A stretch of 64,000 nt of DNA from a virus, in the IMG/VR virus record IMGVR_UViG_3300020190_000007, positions 1 to 64,000 of that record; one strand, given 5' to 3'. Position 1 is the stretch's first letter. Each line of letters opens with the position of its first letter. Below are positions 55,179-64,000 of this stretch, piece by piece. Both the position numbers and the translations under genes were made by a program. The notes beneath the pieces are model-generated. The model was not told the DNA's origin and searched no databases. It was given only the letters and a program-made list of their open reading frames with translations.

Positions 55179-57611
55179 TTACGAGCCACAACCTTCACAT
55201 TCAAAAGGAGAGTCTGTTGGTCTTGATGATATGGACACCTCCACGACTTCTTCTTCTTTTTGATTATTTTGGTTATATGAAGTATTTTGTACTTCTTTAG
55301 CTTCAACTGTGGGTTTTGATGTTGAGGTGTCAATTCCTAAACCCTTTAATGGGTCAACAGCGGCTCTGGTTCGTAAATAATACATACCCGTTTTTAAACC
55401 AAGTTTCCATCCATAAATATGTGCGGCTAAAACTTTGGCTTTGTTTGCGTTGTCAATAAATAAATTTAAAGACTGTGATTGGTCGATATAAATTGACCTG
55501 TTAGATGCCATGGTTAAGATTCTTTTTTGAGACATTTCCCAAACTGTTTTGTAAACTTCTTTTATATCGACAGGTATTTCGGGAATATTTTGAACAGAAC
55601 CATTCTCTATGATTAATTTTTTCTTTAATTCATCTGACCATAATCCTCTTTCTAATAATTCATTTACAAGGTGTTTGTTTATTACTATAAACTCACCACC
55701 TAATGTTCTTCTTGAATATAAATTAGAGGTAAATGGTTCAAACGCTTCGTTGTTACCAAGAATTTGAGCTGTGGACGCTGTCGGCATGGGTGCAACTAAC
55801 AAAGAGTTTCTTACACCGTGTTTAACAACATCTTTTCTTAATGATTTCCAATTCCATCTTCCACTTGTGTCCTTGTCTGTTTTACCCCATAATTCGTATT
55901 GAAATTTACCCTCAGATAAGGGGGAACCCTCGAATGAAGAATATGCACCATTTTTAATCGCTAAATCTTTAGATGATGTAATCGCCGCGAAATAAATTGT
56001 TTCAAATATTTCCACTTGTAATTTATCCGCCTCCTCACTTTCAAAAGGTAATTTTAACATACAAAACACATCTGCCAATCCTTGTACCCCTAAACCAACT
56101 GGTCTATGTTTCATGTTTGAAAGTTTTGTTTCCTCGGTGGGATAAAAATTTAAATCAATAACGTTGTTTAGGTTTTTTACAACTTGATACACATTATCAT
56201 AAAGTAATTCATGATTAAATTCTTTATCAATAATGTATTTTGGTAATGCAATTGATGCTAAATTACAAACCGCTTGTTCTGTTGGACTTGAGTATTCAAT
56301 AATCTCAGTACACAAATTAGATGATTTAATCGTGCCTAAGTTCTTTTGATTTGACTTGTAATTAGCGGCGTCCTTATACAACATATATGGGGTTCCGGTC
56401 TCAATTTGTGCCGTTAAAATTGCGTCCATTAATTTTCTCGCTTTAACAACTTTTCTCGCTCGACCTTCTTTCTCATATCTTTCGTACAATTGAGTGAATT
56501 CTTGAGTAAAAGAAAATGGGTCATCATAAGCGTCTGACAAACCAGGAGCTTCGTCAGGTGAAAATAGTGACCAATCTCCGTCTTCCTCAACTCTTTTCAT
56601 AAAAAGATTGGGTGTCCACATTGCTAAGAATAAATCACGAGCCCTTAATTCTTCTTTACCGTGATTTTTTCTCAAATCAATAAATTCAAAAACGTCTGCG
56701 TGCCATGGCTCGAGATAAATCGCGAAAGAGCCTTTTCTTTTACCGCCCTGATTAATCCAACGAGCAACTTCATTGTATGTTTTCATCATTGGGAGTAGAC
56801 CGTCTGATTCACCACCTGTTCCTTTAATATATGAACCCTTAGCTCTAACATCATGAACATGTAGTCCAATACCACCAGCCCATTTTGAAATTTTAGCAAC
56901 ATCTTTAATTGTGTCAAATAAACCATCAATGTCATCACCTTTATTACCAATTAAGAAACAAGAAGACATTTGTGGTCTACGAGTACCAGCATTAAAGAGT
57001 GTTGGGGTTGCGTGAGTGTAGAAATGTTGTGATAAATCATTATAAATTCTCAAAGCCATTTCTAAGTCACCATTACAAATACCAACAGCAACTCTCATGT
57101 ACATATATTGAGGTCTTTCAACAATTCTTCTACCGATTTTCAAAAAGTAAGAACGTTCAAGGGTTTTAAATCCAAAATAATCAAAATCAAAATCTCTTTC
57201 TTGGATTATCGCCCCATCTAAAGATTCTTTGTTCTGAATTACAAATTGATAAACCTCATCTGAAATTAAAGATGATTCTTTTCCTGTTCTTGGTTCAATA
57301 AAACAATAAAGTTCTTTAATACATTGAGAAAACTTTTTAGGTGTTGTTTTATGTAAGTTTGACACCGCTAATCTTCCGGCTAATTTAGCGTAATCTGAGT
57401 GTGTTGTTACCATAGACGCCGCTGTCTCAGCGGCTAATGTGTCTAGCTCGATTGTAGAGATACCATCGTAAATGCCCTGAGTAACTTTAAGAGTTACTAA
57501 TGTTGGGTCAATGTATTCTAAATTTAAATCACCACAGAAATATTGTATTCTTCTGGTGATTTTGTCATATCTCATTTCTTCTAATGAGCCATCTCTCTTT
57601 TTTACTTTCAT
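55179..57611 (-). CDS. nrdA: Ribonucleoside-diphosphate reductase alpha subunit (class Ia, ATP cone)
   Basis: VKKRDG, TPTLFNAG, SSCF, SNLCTEI, APMPTAS, C-terminal CEGC. Confidence 0.97.
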   Translation of the reverse strand: MKVKKRDGSLEEMRYDKITRRIQYFCGDLNLEYIDPTLVTLKVTQGIYDGISTIELDTLAAETAASMVTTHSDYAKLAGRLAVSNLHKTTPKKFSQCIKELYCFIEPRTGKESSLISDEVYQFVIQNKESLDGAIIQERDFDFDYFGFKTLERSYFLKIGRRIVERPQYMYMRVAVGICNGDLEMALRIYNDLSQHFYTHATPTLFNAGTRRPQMSSCFLIGNKGDDIDGLFDTIKDVAKISKWAGGIGLHVHDVRAKGSYIKGTGGESDGLLPMMKTYNEVARWINQGGKRKGSFAIYLEPWHADVFEFIDLRKNHGKEELRARDLFLAMWTPNLFMKRVEEDGDWSLFSPDEAPGLSDAYDDPFSFTQEFTQLYERYEKEGRARKVVKARKLMDAILTAQIETGTPYMLYKDAANYKSNQKNLGTIKSSNLCTEIIEYSSPTEQAVCNLASIALPKYIIDKEFNHELLYDNVYQVVKNLNNVIDLNFYPTEETKLSNMKHRPVGLGVQGLADVFCMLKLPFESEEADKLQVEIFETIYFAAITSSKDLAIKNGAYSSFEGSPLSEGKFQYELWGKTDKDTSGRWNWKSLRKDVVKHGVRNSLLVAPMPTASTAQILGNNEAFEPFTSNLYSRRTLGGEFIVINKHLVNELLERGLWSDELKKKLIIENGSVQNIPEIPVDIKEVYKTVWEMSQKRILTMASNRSIYIDQSQSLNLFIDNANKAKVLAAHIYGWKLGLKTGMYYLRTRAAVDPLKGLGIDTSTSKPTVEAKEVQNTSYNQNNQKEEEVVEVSISSRPTDSPFECEGCGS

Positions 57612-57618
57612 ACTCTAA

Positions 57619-58596
57619 TTAAAAATCTATATCTTCAAACGCTGTGTGCATATCTTCAATTGACACGTTACTATTTACACCGGCTTTTTGATATTCAGCA
57701 ACTCTTTTTTCAAAAAAATTAGTTTTACCTTGAAGAGCAATATTTTGCATGAAATCAAATGGGTTTTCAACATTATAAACCTTTGAACAATTTAATGACA
57801 TTAATAATCTATCGGTTACAAATTCCAAATATTGGCTCATCAAATCTGAATTCATACCAATTAATTTTACGGGTAACGCCTCTAAAATAAATTCTTTTTC
57901 AATCTTCAACGCGCCACATATAATATCTTTAATTCTCTTCTCGCTTAATTTATTTTCAACGTGGTGATTAAACAAATGACAAGCAAAGTCACAGTGCATT
58001 CCTTCATCTCTAGAAATAAGTTCATTTGAAAAGGTTAAACCCGGCATTAATCCACGTTTTTTGAGCCAAAAAATAGAACAGAATGAGCCAGAAAAGAAAA
58101 TACCCTCGACAGCGGCGAAAGCGATAAGTCTTTCAACAAAAGTACCCTTTTCAATGTACTTTAACGCCCATTCAGCCTTTTTCTTAACAGCGGGAATTGT
58201 GTCAATTGCATTAAATAATCTACTTTGTTCTTGTTTGTCCTTAATGTATGTATCAATCAATAAAGAATAAGTTTCACTGTGAATATTTTCCATCATTATT
58301 TGAAATCCGTAAAACATTTTAGCTTCTGTATATTGCACCACGTTGACAAAATTCATCGCGATGTTTTCATTAACAATACCATCCGAGGCGGCGAAAAACG
58401 CTAATACATTTTTAACAAAATGTTGTTCGTCTTCGTTTAGTTTGTTTTCCCAATCATAAATGTCTTGGGCTAAATCAATCTCTTCGGCGGTCCAAAAACA
58501 AGATTCTTGTTGTTTGTAAAGTTTCCAAATATCGTGATGTTCGATAGGAAAAAGGACAAAACGTCCCGGATTTTGTTTCAAAATCTTCTCTGTCAT
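57619..58596 (-). CDS. nrdB: Ribonucleoside-diphosphate reductase beta subunit
   Basis: [35 protein letters not shown]. Confidence 0.97.
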   Translation of the reverse strand: MTEKILKQNPGRFVLFPIEHHDIWKLYKQQESCFWTAEEIDLAQDIYDWENKLNEDEQHFVKNVLAFFAASDGIVNENIAMNFVNVVQYTEAKMFYGFQIMMENIHSETYSLLIDTYIKDKQEQSRLFNAIDTIPAVKKKAEWALKYIEKGTFVERLIAFAAVEGIFFSGSFCSIFWLKKRGLMPGLTFSNELISRDEGMHCDFACHLFNHHVENKLSEKRIKDIICGALKIEKEFILEALPVKLIGMNSDLMSQYLEFVTDRLLMSLNCSKVYNVENPFDFMQNIALQGKTNFFEKRVAEYQKAGVNSNVSIEDMHTAFEDIDF

Positions 58597-58610
58597 AGTA
58601 ATAATAATTA

Positions 58611-59987
58611 TTAATTTCTGTTTAAGGTTTCCTGTCTTTGCATAAAGGCCTCTTTCATTCTTTCGGAAACATTTTTTTGTTTGTCTTCCTTGTGTCCAAG
58701 GAGTGTTGTTTGAGACTCGGTATTAATAACTAACAGTCTATTGTCAAACTTACAATTCTGCCATATAATTCCGTCACGACCAATTCTTGACTTCAGTAAA
58801 GTCATAGTTGCTAAGTTGTGTTCTTTTTGTTCTATAGTTTTACCTATTGATAAAATTACGTGAGCAATTTGCGCTTTTTTAATTGAACCACCCATTTGGT
58901 CACTATTTACAACTTCAGATGAAATAGATTCCCTGTTACCCTGAGTCGCGGTCCAAATAACGATTCCAAATTCACTTGTCATAGCTTCCAAACTTCTCAT
59001 TACGGAGCCCTCACCTTTCCACTCTTCTCCGAAATTTAATTTTTCAGGACTGATACAATCTACGTAATCAATAACTAAAAGGTCAATTTTTTTACCTTCT
59101 GAAATTCTTTTTCTCAATCGAGATTTAATTTCGGATATTGAAACCGAATCACTTGGTAATTTTAAAATATCCAATGTCCCTTTACTTTGAGTTTGAACTA
59201 CGTTTATCTTTTCTTTAACAAAATCTTTATTTTCAGATTGTTCGTCAGGTGCGATTCCTGACCAAATTGTATAATGTTTCTTTTTGATATTATCGGGATT
59301 GTCTTCAAAAAATATTTGAAGGACATTGTACCCATATAGGTATGCAGTATTTGCGAATAGTGATAATATAGTCGTTTTACCCGTACCGGTTGGAGCTAAT
59401 ACAACACCAAGCTCCCCAATACCCAATCCACCCTTTAAAGCGGTATCAAGACCCTCTATACCTGTTGGTATTGCTTGTCTATTATCTTTTTCTAAAGCGG
59501 CATCGATATTGTGAAAAACATCCATACATTCTTCAGGTGGTAATCCTACTTGTAGTGCCTTTTGAATAATACCTTCAATCTTATGGTATTCTTGAAATTT
59601 ACCATTCTCAATAATAGTGGTTACCATTTTAAGTTCCTTCTTTAAATTTTGTTGTTTACAAAAATTAAGAGCTTCTTCTCTCACCATCGGGTCATCTACT
59701 GTATTTTCTTTAATATCGTGAATTGTATCTAAATGTATTCTCGCATTTTCTTGTGAACCTATTTCAAGAATTATAGTTTGACACAAGCTCTGATAATCGG
59801 GAATTTTCCCATATTTATGATAGTATTCTTTGATATGCGAGGTGATAAATCTAAAAGAACTATTATCAAAATATTTGCTCTCAATTACATCAATAATCTG
59901 TTCACCATACTTTTTATCCTCTACGATAGATTTAATCAACGTTTGTTGAAATGACGCTCCGAGAAAACCAAAATTTTTTTCTGACAT
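58611..59987 (-). CDS. dnaB: Replicative DNA helicase (DnaB/gp41-like)
   Basis: [27 protein letters not shown]. Confidence 0.9.
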   Translation of the reverse strand: MSEKNFGFLGASFQQTLIKSIVEDKKYGEQIIDVIESKYFDNSSFRFITSHIKEYYHKYGKIPDYQSLCQTIILEIGSQENARIHLDTIHDIKENTVDDPMVREEALNFCKQQNLKKELKMVTTIIENGKFQEYHKIEGIIQKALQVGLPPEECMDVFHNIDAALEKDNRQAIPTGIEGLDTALKGGLGIGELGVVLAPTGTGKTTILSLFANTAYLYGYNVLQIFFEDNPDNIKKKHYTIWSGIAPDEQSENKDFVKEKINVVQTQSKGTLDILKLPSDSVSISEIKSRLRKRISEGKKIDLLVIDYVDCISPEKLNFGEEWKGEGSVMRSLEAMTSEFGIVIWTATQGNRESISSEVVNSDQMGGSIKKAQIAHVILSIGKTIEQKEHNLATMTLLKSRIGRDGIIWQNCKFDNRLLVINTESQTTLLGHKEDKQKNVSERMKEAFMQRQETLNRN

Positions 59988-60001
59988 AGTTTTTTATTTT
60001 T

Positions 60002-60445
60002 TTATAATTTATAGTTTAAATAAGTTGTTTCCAAATTTTTAGATGATAAAATGTTGGTTAAATCTGACAAATATCTTTTTAAATATGGACGAATGTCTAC
60101 CGTATATCTAACCTTTGGATGATATAATTTAGCGGAAAACATTCTTTGAATAAATACATCGTCACCCATCTTAATCTCGAGCAAAAAATACTCTTTTTCA
60201 TTTTGTTCATCGGTTTCTACATTGTCCAAACCACAAAAATAATCACGATTTTCATGTAAATAATCCAATGTTTTTGTTTTCAAATCTACACCAATATTGT
60301 CACAAATATTTTTAACATAATAGTGTAAATCCATGGAACGTCTAGACTTTGGGTTATGTTCTCTTACATTGAAAAATCTCTGACAGATAATGTTTCCTTC
60401 TAATGTTAAAAGAAACTCAAACTTTGTTACTTCTTGATTACTCAT
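60002..60445 (-). CDS. Hypothetical protein
   Basis: 147 aa in replication operon. Confidence 0.75.
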   Translation of the reverse strand: MSNQEVTKFEFLLTLEGNIICQRFFNVREHNPKSRRSMDLHYYVKNICDNIGVDLKTKTLDYLHENRDYFCGLDNVETDEQNEKEYFLLEIKMGDDVFIQRMFSAKLYHPKVRYTVDIRPYLKRYLSDLTNILSSKNLETTYLNYKL

Positions 60446-61460
60446 TGTTTTTAATTTTAATTAATTTTTTATTCTTTTCTTTTCTTGTTAATCTTAAAAA
60501 TGGATTTAGAAAATTTATCCATGCGTCATCCGATTTTGGAAGTAATAAAAATATACCATCTTCCATCATCATCTTCATGGTGTTTTTATATGACCGACCT
60601 TCTGGGTCAATCAAATCGTTTATTAATGAAGTTATAGATTCCTTTGCTTCATCGGTTAAAAAAGGATTATCAAGACTTACAATACGACTATTTACATCAA
60701 AAAATTCTTCACCCAATATCCCATATTTGGTAACGCCTGTCAAAAAATTCTTTACAATATGATTATCATTGTCTTCCTCAAATAAATTATTAAATCTTTC
60801 AAGAATAAATTCAACGGTAATTTCTTCAGTTTTAATCTCGGGAACTAATGATATTAATCTCCTGACACCTAAATTTTTAATACCCGCAATGTTATCCGAT
60901 GGGTCTCCACAAATTATTTTAACCAATTTTATATTCTGTATAAGAATTTGTTCATGGTCATAAACGAACATATCATTAGGTTGATATATTTTACTGTGTG
61001 ATGGATTAAAAAGTTTGGTGTTTTCGGAAACTAATTGGGTCAAATCACCGTCTGAAGAAAAAATTATTTTATTTTCTTTTGGTGAGTTATGAACATAATA
61101 AGCGATTGAATCATCTGACTCACAGAATTCATATTCACCTTGCCTAACAAAAAGTTCTTCAAGGTATTGTTTTATCCTGTTTCTTTGTTTTCCATAAGAA
61201 TGTAATTCTTCCTCGGACCTTATTCGGGATTTTCTATTCTCTTTGTATTGATGATAGAATCTTTTTCTCGTTATAGAACCATCTTGCCCATCCCAAAAAA
61301 TAACAATCTTATCTAAGTGGTGGATTTCAATTGCTCGTCTTAAAGTGTTTATAAAATGATATATCCCACCAATATGCTCCCCCTTATAAAAGTGATTTTT
61401 TAATCCAAAAAAACCAATAGTAAGTAAATTGTCACCATCTACTAATAATACATTAGACAT
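60438..61460 (-). CDS. 5'-3' exonuclease / flap endonuclease (T4 RNase H / PolI N-terminal-like)
   Basis: LLVDG, YKENR, ESDD, SSDGDLTQL, GDPSDNIAGI. Confidence 0.92.
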   Translation of the reverse strand: MSNVLLVDGDNLLTIGFFGLKNHFYKGEHIGGIYHFINTLRRAIEIHHLDKIVIFWDGQDGSITRKRFYHQYKENRKSRIRSEEELHSYGKQRNRIKQYLEELFVRQGEYEFCESDDSIAYYVHNSPKENKIIFSSDGDLTQLVSENTKLFNPSHSKIYQPNDMFVYDHEQILIQNIKLVKIICGDPSDNIAGIKNLGVRRLISLVPEIKTEEITVEFILERFNNLFEEDNDNHIVKNFLTGVTKYGILGEEFFDVNSRIVSLDNPFLTDEAKESITSLINDLIDPEGRSYKNTMKMMMEDGIFLLLPKSDDAWINFLNPFLRLTRKEKNKKLIKIKNNE

Positions 61461-61491
61461 TAATTATCACTCTTATGGTATTAAACAAAAA

Positions 61492-62493
61492 TTAATCTTC
61501 CTCTTCTTCGTAATCGTAAGTTATTGATTCCTCTAAATTAAAGTCAATAGACCCTAATTTTTCTCTCCAAAAACTCGAATATTCTTTTTTATACAATTCT
61601 AACGCTTCTTTAGTATCAGCAATATATCCGTTATGAACAACGATAACTTTACCATCTTTGTATCCTAATCCGTTAACGTGGTTTTTAAGGATTGAAATTT
61701 TGGTTCTAACAGCATAAACAATTTTTCTACCATCTTTAGTTGCGTCGATTTGATTAATACCTGATTTTTTCTGATTACCAAATAAAAAAATAAGTGTAGA
61801 AGCTAATTTTATGGCTTCACCACCTTTTGGTTTGATTTCAGGTTGACCCATCGGACTGTCGGGTAATTCTACCCACGGCTGATTTACTATAACCATTGTT
61901 AGATAATATGACGAGTCTTTTGATGGATAATCTTCTTTTTTTGATTTGGTAATTCTTGAATGAATACCCATACCAATTTTATCAGATAATGCACTTGCGT
62001 TGTGTTGTTTACCACCTTTACCATCAAAGGTCATCTTACATGGTATTGAACCAATTGAATCCCAGCAAAATAAAACGTGTCTTGGAATTTCACCCTTTTC
62101 GTGAGCATCAATGATATCGTTTATAAAATCGGTTGCTTGTTCAATGTAGTCAAATGAATCATTGAAGATAAAGTCACCCGTCCATTCACCATTCGCGTCT
62201 TTTTCAGCTTGAAAACCCAACTCAATAGCGTGTTCCCATTTCCATTTTCTTTCGGTGATAATAAGAACGGGTAAATGACCTTTCTTTTGTGCGTCAACCG
62301 CAGCTAAAATCATAGCGGTTGTTTTTGATGAGTTTGTATGTCCTAAGAACATATTAATACCTCCCATCACGGGTCCAGGTAAACCACAAGCACTATTAAA
62401 AGCTTCACCACAATAATAAAAATTTTCATCCTTATATTTTGTTTTCGATGAGAATTTGGATATATAATCGAATTCTTTTTTCTTAATTGCCAT
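61492..62493 (-). CDS. RecA/UvsX-like recombinase
   Basis: GHTNSSKTT (variant Walker A), WDSIG, VNQ, KGGEAI, KNH. Confidence 0.8.
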   Translation of the reverse strand: MAIKKKEFDYISKFSSKTKYKDENFYYCGEAFNSACGLPGPVMGGINMFLGHTNSSKTTAMILAAVDAQKKGHLPVLIITERKWKWEHAIELGFQAEKDANGEWTGDFIFNDSFDYIEQATDFINDIIDAHEKGEIPRHVLFCWDSIGSIPCKMTFDGKGGKQHNASALSDKIGMGIHSRITKSKKEDYPSKDSSYYLTMVIVNQPWVELPDSPMGQPEIKPKGGEAIKLASTLIFLFGNQKKSGINQIDATKDGRKIVYAVRTKISILKNHVNGLGYKDGKVIVVHNGYIADTKEALELYKKEYSSFWREKLGSIDFNLEESITYDYEEEED

Positions 62494-62518
62494 TGTATGT
62501 TTTGTATTATTTTTAATT

Positions 62519-62565
62519 AAAAAAAGAAGAACTTGGACACGTGATTACAACTAGTGTCCAAGTTC
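62519..62565 (-). terminator. Intrinsic terminator/attenuator between SSB and recombinase genes
   Basis: GAACTTGGACAC/GTGTCCAAGTTC stem then TTCTTTTTTT. Confidence 0.75.
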
Positions 62566-62572
62566 GTTTTAA

Positions 62573-63430
62573 TTAGAATGGTAAATCGTCATCCCCATCC
62601 ATGTCTTCTTGTGGGTCAATTTGAGGAATTGATGTATTTGTTGGTGAAGATGGTTTAGACATTTCAATTTCTTGAGTAGAATTTGAAACGTATTTACCTG
62701 TAGTGGTGTCCCATCTTGGCACTTCACCTTTAGCAATCATTTCTAAATATTCTTCAGGTTTTTTAGAATACACATCAGACCAAATCAATTCATCATTAAT
62801 CCAAGAGTCCGCAATAACTGAATCACTATGTAGTGGAGATTGGTCCTCAGGGATGATAGATGTTATGGTGGTATATTCTCTACCGTTACCCGCCTTAGTT
62901 AGGTTTAGATTAATAATTAAATCCCTTCCCGTCTGTGAGTCAGTAATGTCGCCTTTATTTCTAAAAAGTGGTGCAATTTTATCTAAAACGCCTTCACTTT
63001 TAGTGTTTCTTTTGAATCTCCAAAATTTAACACCATCTTGTTCTCTATCTCTATCAATAACTTTTACAATATAGAACATTTTAGACCTGTATTGACGAGC
63101 TAAAATTGCGTCTTGTTCGTCACCTGTCATTTTTAATCCTTCGTGTACTTCGTTCAGTGGTGAGCGTTTACCCTCTTGGTTTGGGTCATAAAGTTTAACC
63201 CAATTACCATCAACCTGTACCTCATGGAAATACACGGGAACAAATGGACTACTACCGTCTTTGATAGGTAGGATTCTAATTCTTCTTTCACCGCTTCTTT
63301 CACCTTTTGGGAGGAGGGTGGTAAAATACTTTTTCATTCTATCCTCTTGGGATACCTTGTTTGCGTTGCCGCTTGCGACTTGTTTGTCTTTTTCGTACTG
63401 CGCCAGTACTGATTCTGTTGTTGACATCAT
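62573..63430 (-). CDS. Single-stranded DNA-binding protein (gp32-like) with DDDLPF tail
   Basis: IRILP, VIDR...GVKFW, DITD...GRDL, acidic C-terminus. Confidence 0.8.
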   Translation of the reverse strand: MMSTTESVLAQYEKDKQVASGNANKVSQEDRMKKYFTTLLPKGERSGERRIRILPIKDGSSPFVPVYFHEVQVDGNWVKLYDPNQEGKRSPLNEVHEGLKMTGDEQDAILARQYRSKMFYIVKVIDRDREQDGVKFWRFKRNTKSEGVLDKIAPLFRNKGDITDSQTGRDLIINLNLTKAGNGREYTTITSIIPEDQSPLHSDSVIADSWINDELIWSDVYSKKPEEYLEMIAKGEVPRWDTTTGKYVSNSTQEIEMSKPSSPTNTSIPQIDPQEDMDGDDDLPF

Positions 63431-63478
63431 ATTTTTGTTTTTTAAAAGTTAGAAAATATTTCTATGTAAAGTATAAAC

Positions 63479-63516
63479 AAAAAAAGTCAGATTACAAAAT
63501 CTGACTCTCTTTTTTT
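63479..63516. terminator. Bidirectional hairpin terminator overlapping the SSB promoter
   Basis: AGTCAGATT/AATCTGACT stem with flanking A/T runs; TTGTAA-N16-TATACT on - strand (63470-63497). Confidence 0.7.
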
Positions 63517-63538
63517 AAAATTTATTTTTAATGGTTAA

Positions 63539-63913
63539 TTACTCAAGAGTTAAAAGATACAGCAATTTATTCAATAAACCAAGTATCTCATCTCTTAAAT
63601 TTAACAAATCTGTGTCTAACCTATCATCTAAGTCATATGAAAACTCAATAAGGGCTTCAATACAAACTTTGACCATATCAACGGGATTAATCTCTGAAAT
63701 ATTTACTAAATTAATAGTTTTAGTATCCTCGTCAAGTGTAAACCTACCATATTTACCCATAGCAATCTCAACAAATTCGTCAATAGGCTCTGTTAAAGCA
63801 TCATAAGTTTTACCAAAAGCTTCGTGTCTAGCAATACCTTTTGTTTGAAAATGGTTTATTTTCATCTGTAATTGTAAACCTAACAATAAGTTTACTTTAG
63901 AACTCAAATTCAT
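63539..63913 (-). CDS. Ferritin/Dps-like four-helix protein (DUF5856-like)
   Basis: HFQT...HEAFG...YD...IDEFVE...LNLRDEI...YLL. Confidence 0.7.
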   Translation of the reverse strand: MNLSSKVNLLLGLQLQMKINHFQTKGIARHEAFGKTYDALTEPIDEFVEIAMGKYGRFTLDEDTKTINLVNISEINPVDMVKVCIEALIEFSYDLDDRLDTDLLNLRDEILGLLNKLLYLLTLE

Positions 63914-64000
63914 CTTCCTCTGTTTCTGGATTAAAACTATCTCTTATTGTATCGTTTGAATAATCCTCAATATCTTGTTTTGTAAGTATGTATTCATTTT
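63897..64000 (-). CDS. 3' end of an upstream ORF (partial)
   Basis: ...NEYILTKQDIEDYSNDTIRDSFNPETEEDEFEF*. Confidence 0.55.
   Translation of the reverse strand, partial: NEYILTKQDIEDYSNDTIRDSFNPETEEDEFEF

Noticed and set aside
55179-59987. Introns or inteins in nrdA, nrdB or helicase
   Set aside because: ORFs are continuous and of normal length with no splice or homing-endonuclease motifs
1368-63806. Numerous 60-140 aa ORFs antisense to or nested in recognised genes
   Set aside because: No motifs, shadow-like composition, fully overlapped by well-supported genes
1-64000. Stop-codon reassignment, tRNA/rRNA genes, integrase or transposase
   Set aside because: Standard code gives full-length conserved genes ending in TAA, TAG and TGA; no cloverleaf or mobile-element ORF recognised by eye

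Overview
AT-rich, gene-dense segment of a large T4-like (myovirus-type, probably jumbo) phage. The host is probably Bacteroidota, judged from the sigma factor, ClpP, Hc1 and DUF6576-like proteins and the lack of Shine-Dalgarno motifs. Left to right: a + strand sugar-modification operon (three glycosyltransferase-like ORFs, FkbM methyltransferase, GDP-mannose 3,5-epimerase-like); redoxins, AAA ATPase and Dam-family methylase; probable head-internal proteins; a lysis-like block; sigma factor and ClpP; SbcCD (gp46/47), nuclease, primase and RuvC; a ~31 kb baseplate/fibre module with Cys-rich, Pro/Ser/Thr-stalked proteins, including a 2940-aa mucin-like protein; then nrdAB, DnaB, 5'-3' exonuclease, UvsX, gp32-like SSB and a ferritin-like protein. 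The main hypothesis is a phage-encoded virion glycosylation system: an [S/T]-G-x-T motif occurs about 80 times (manual count) in putative outer virion proteins but not in the inner wedge proteins, alongside mucin-like stalks and a glycosylation operon. Also seen: a TATTTAT late-gene motif, leaderless sigma70-type promoters, a candidate ~90-nt sRNA, a candidate -1 frameshift, a degenerate amidase, an uncalled 55-aa ORF and apparent GATC avoidance. All family assignments are from motif recognition; no searches were run.
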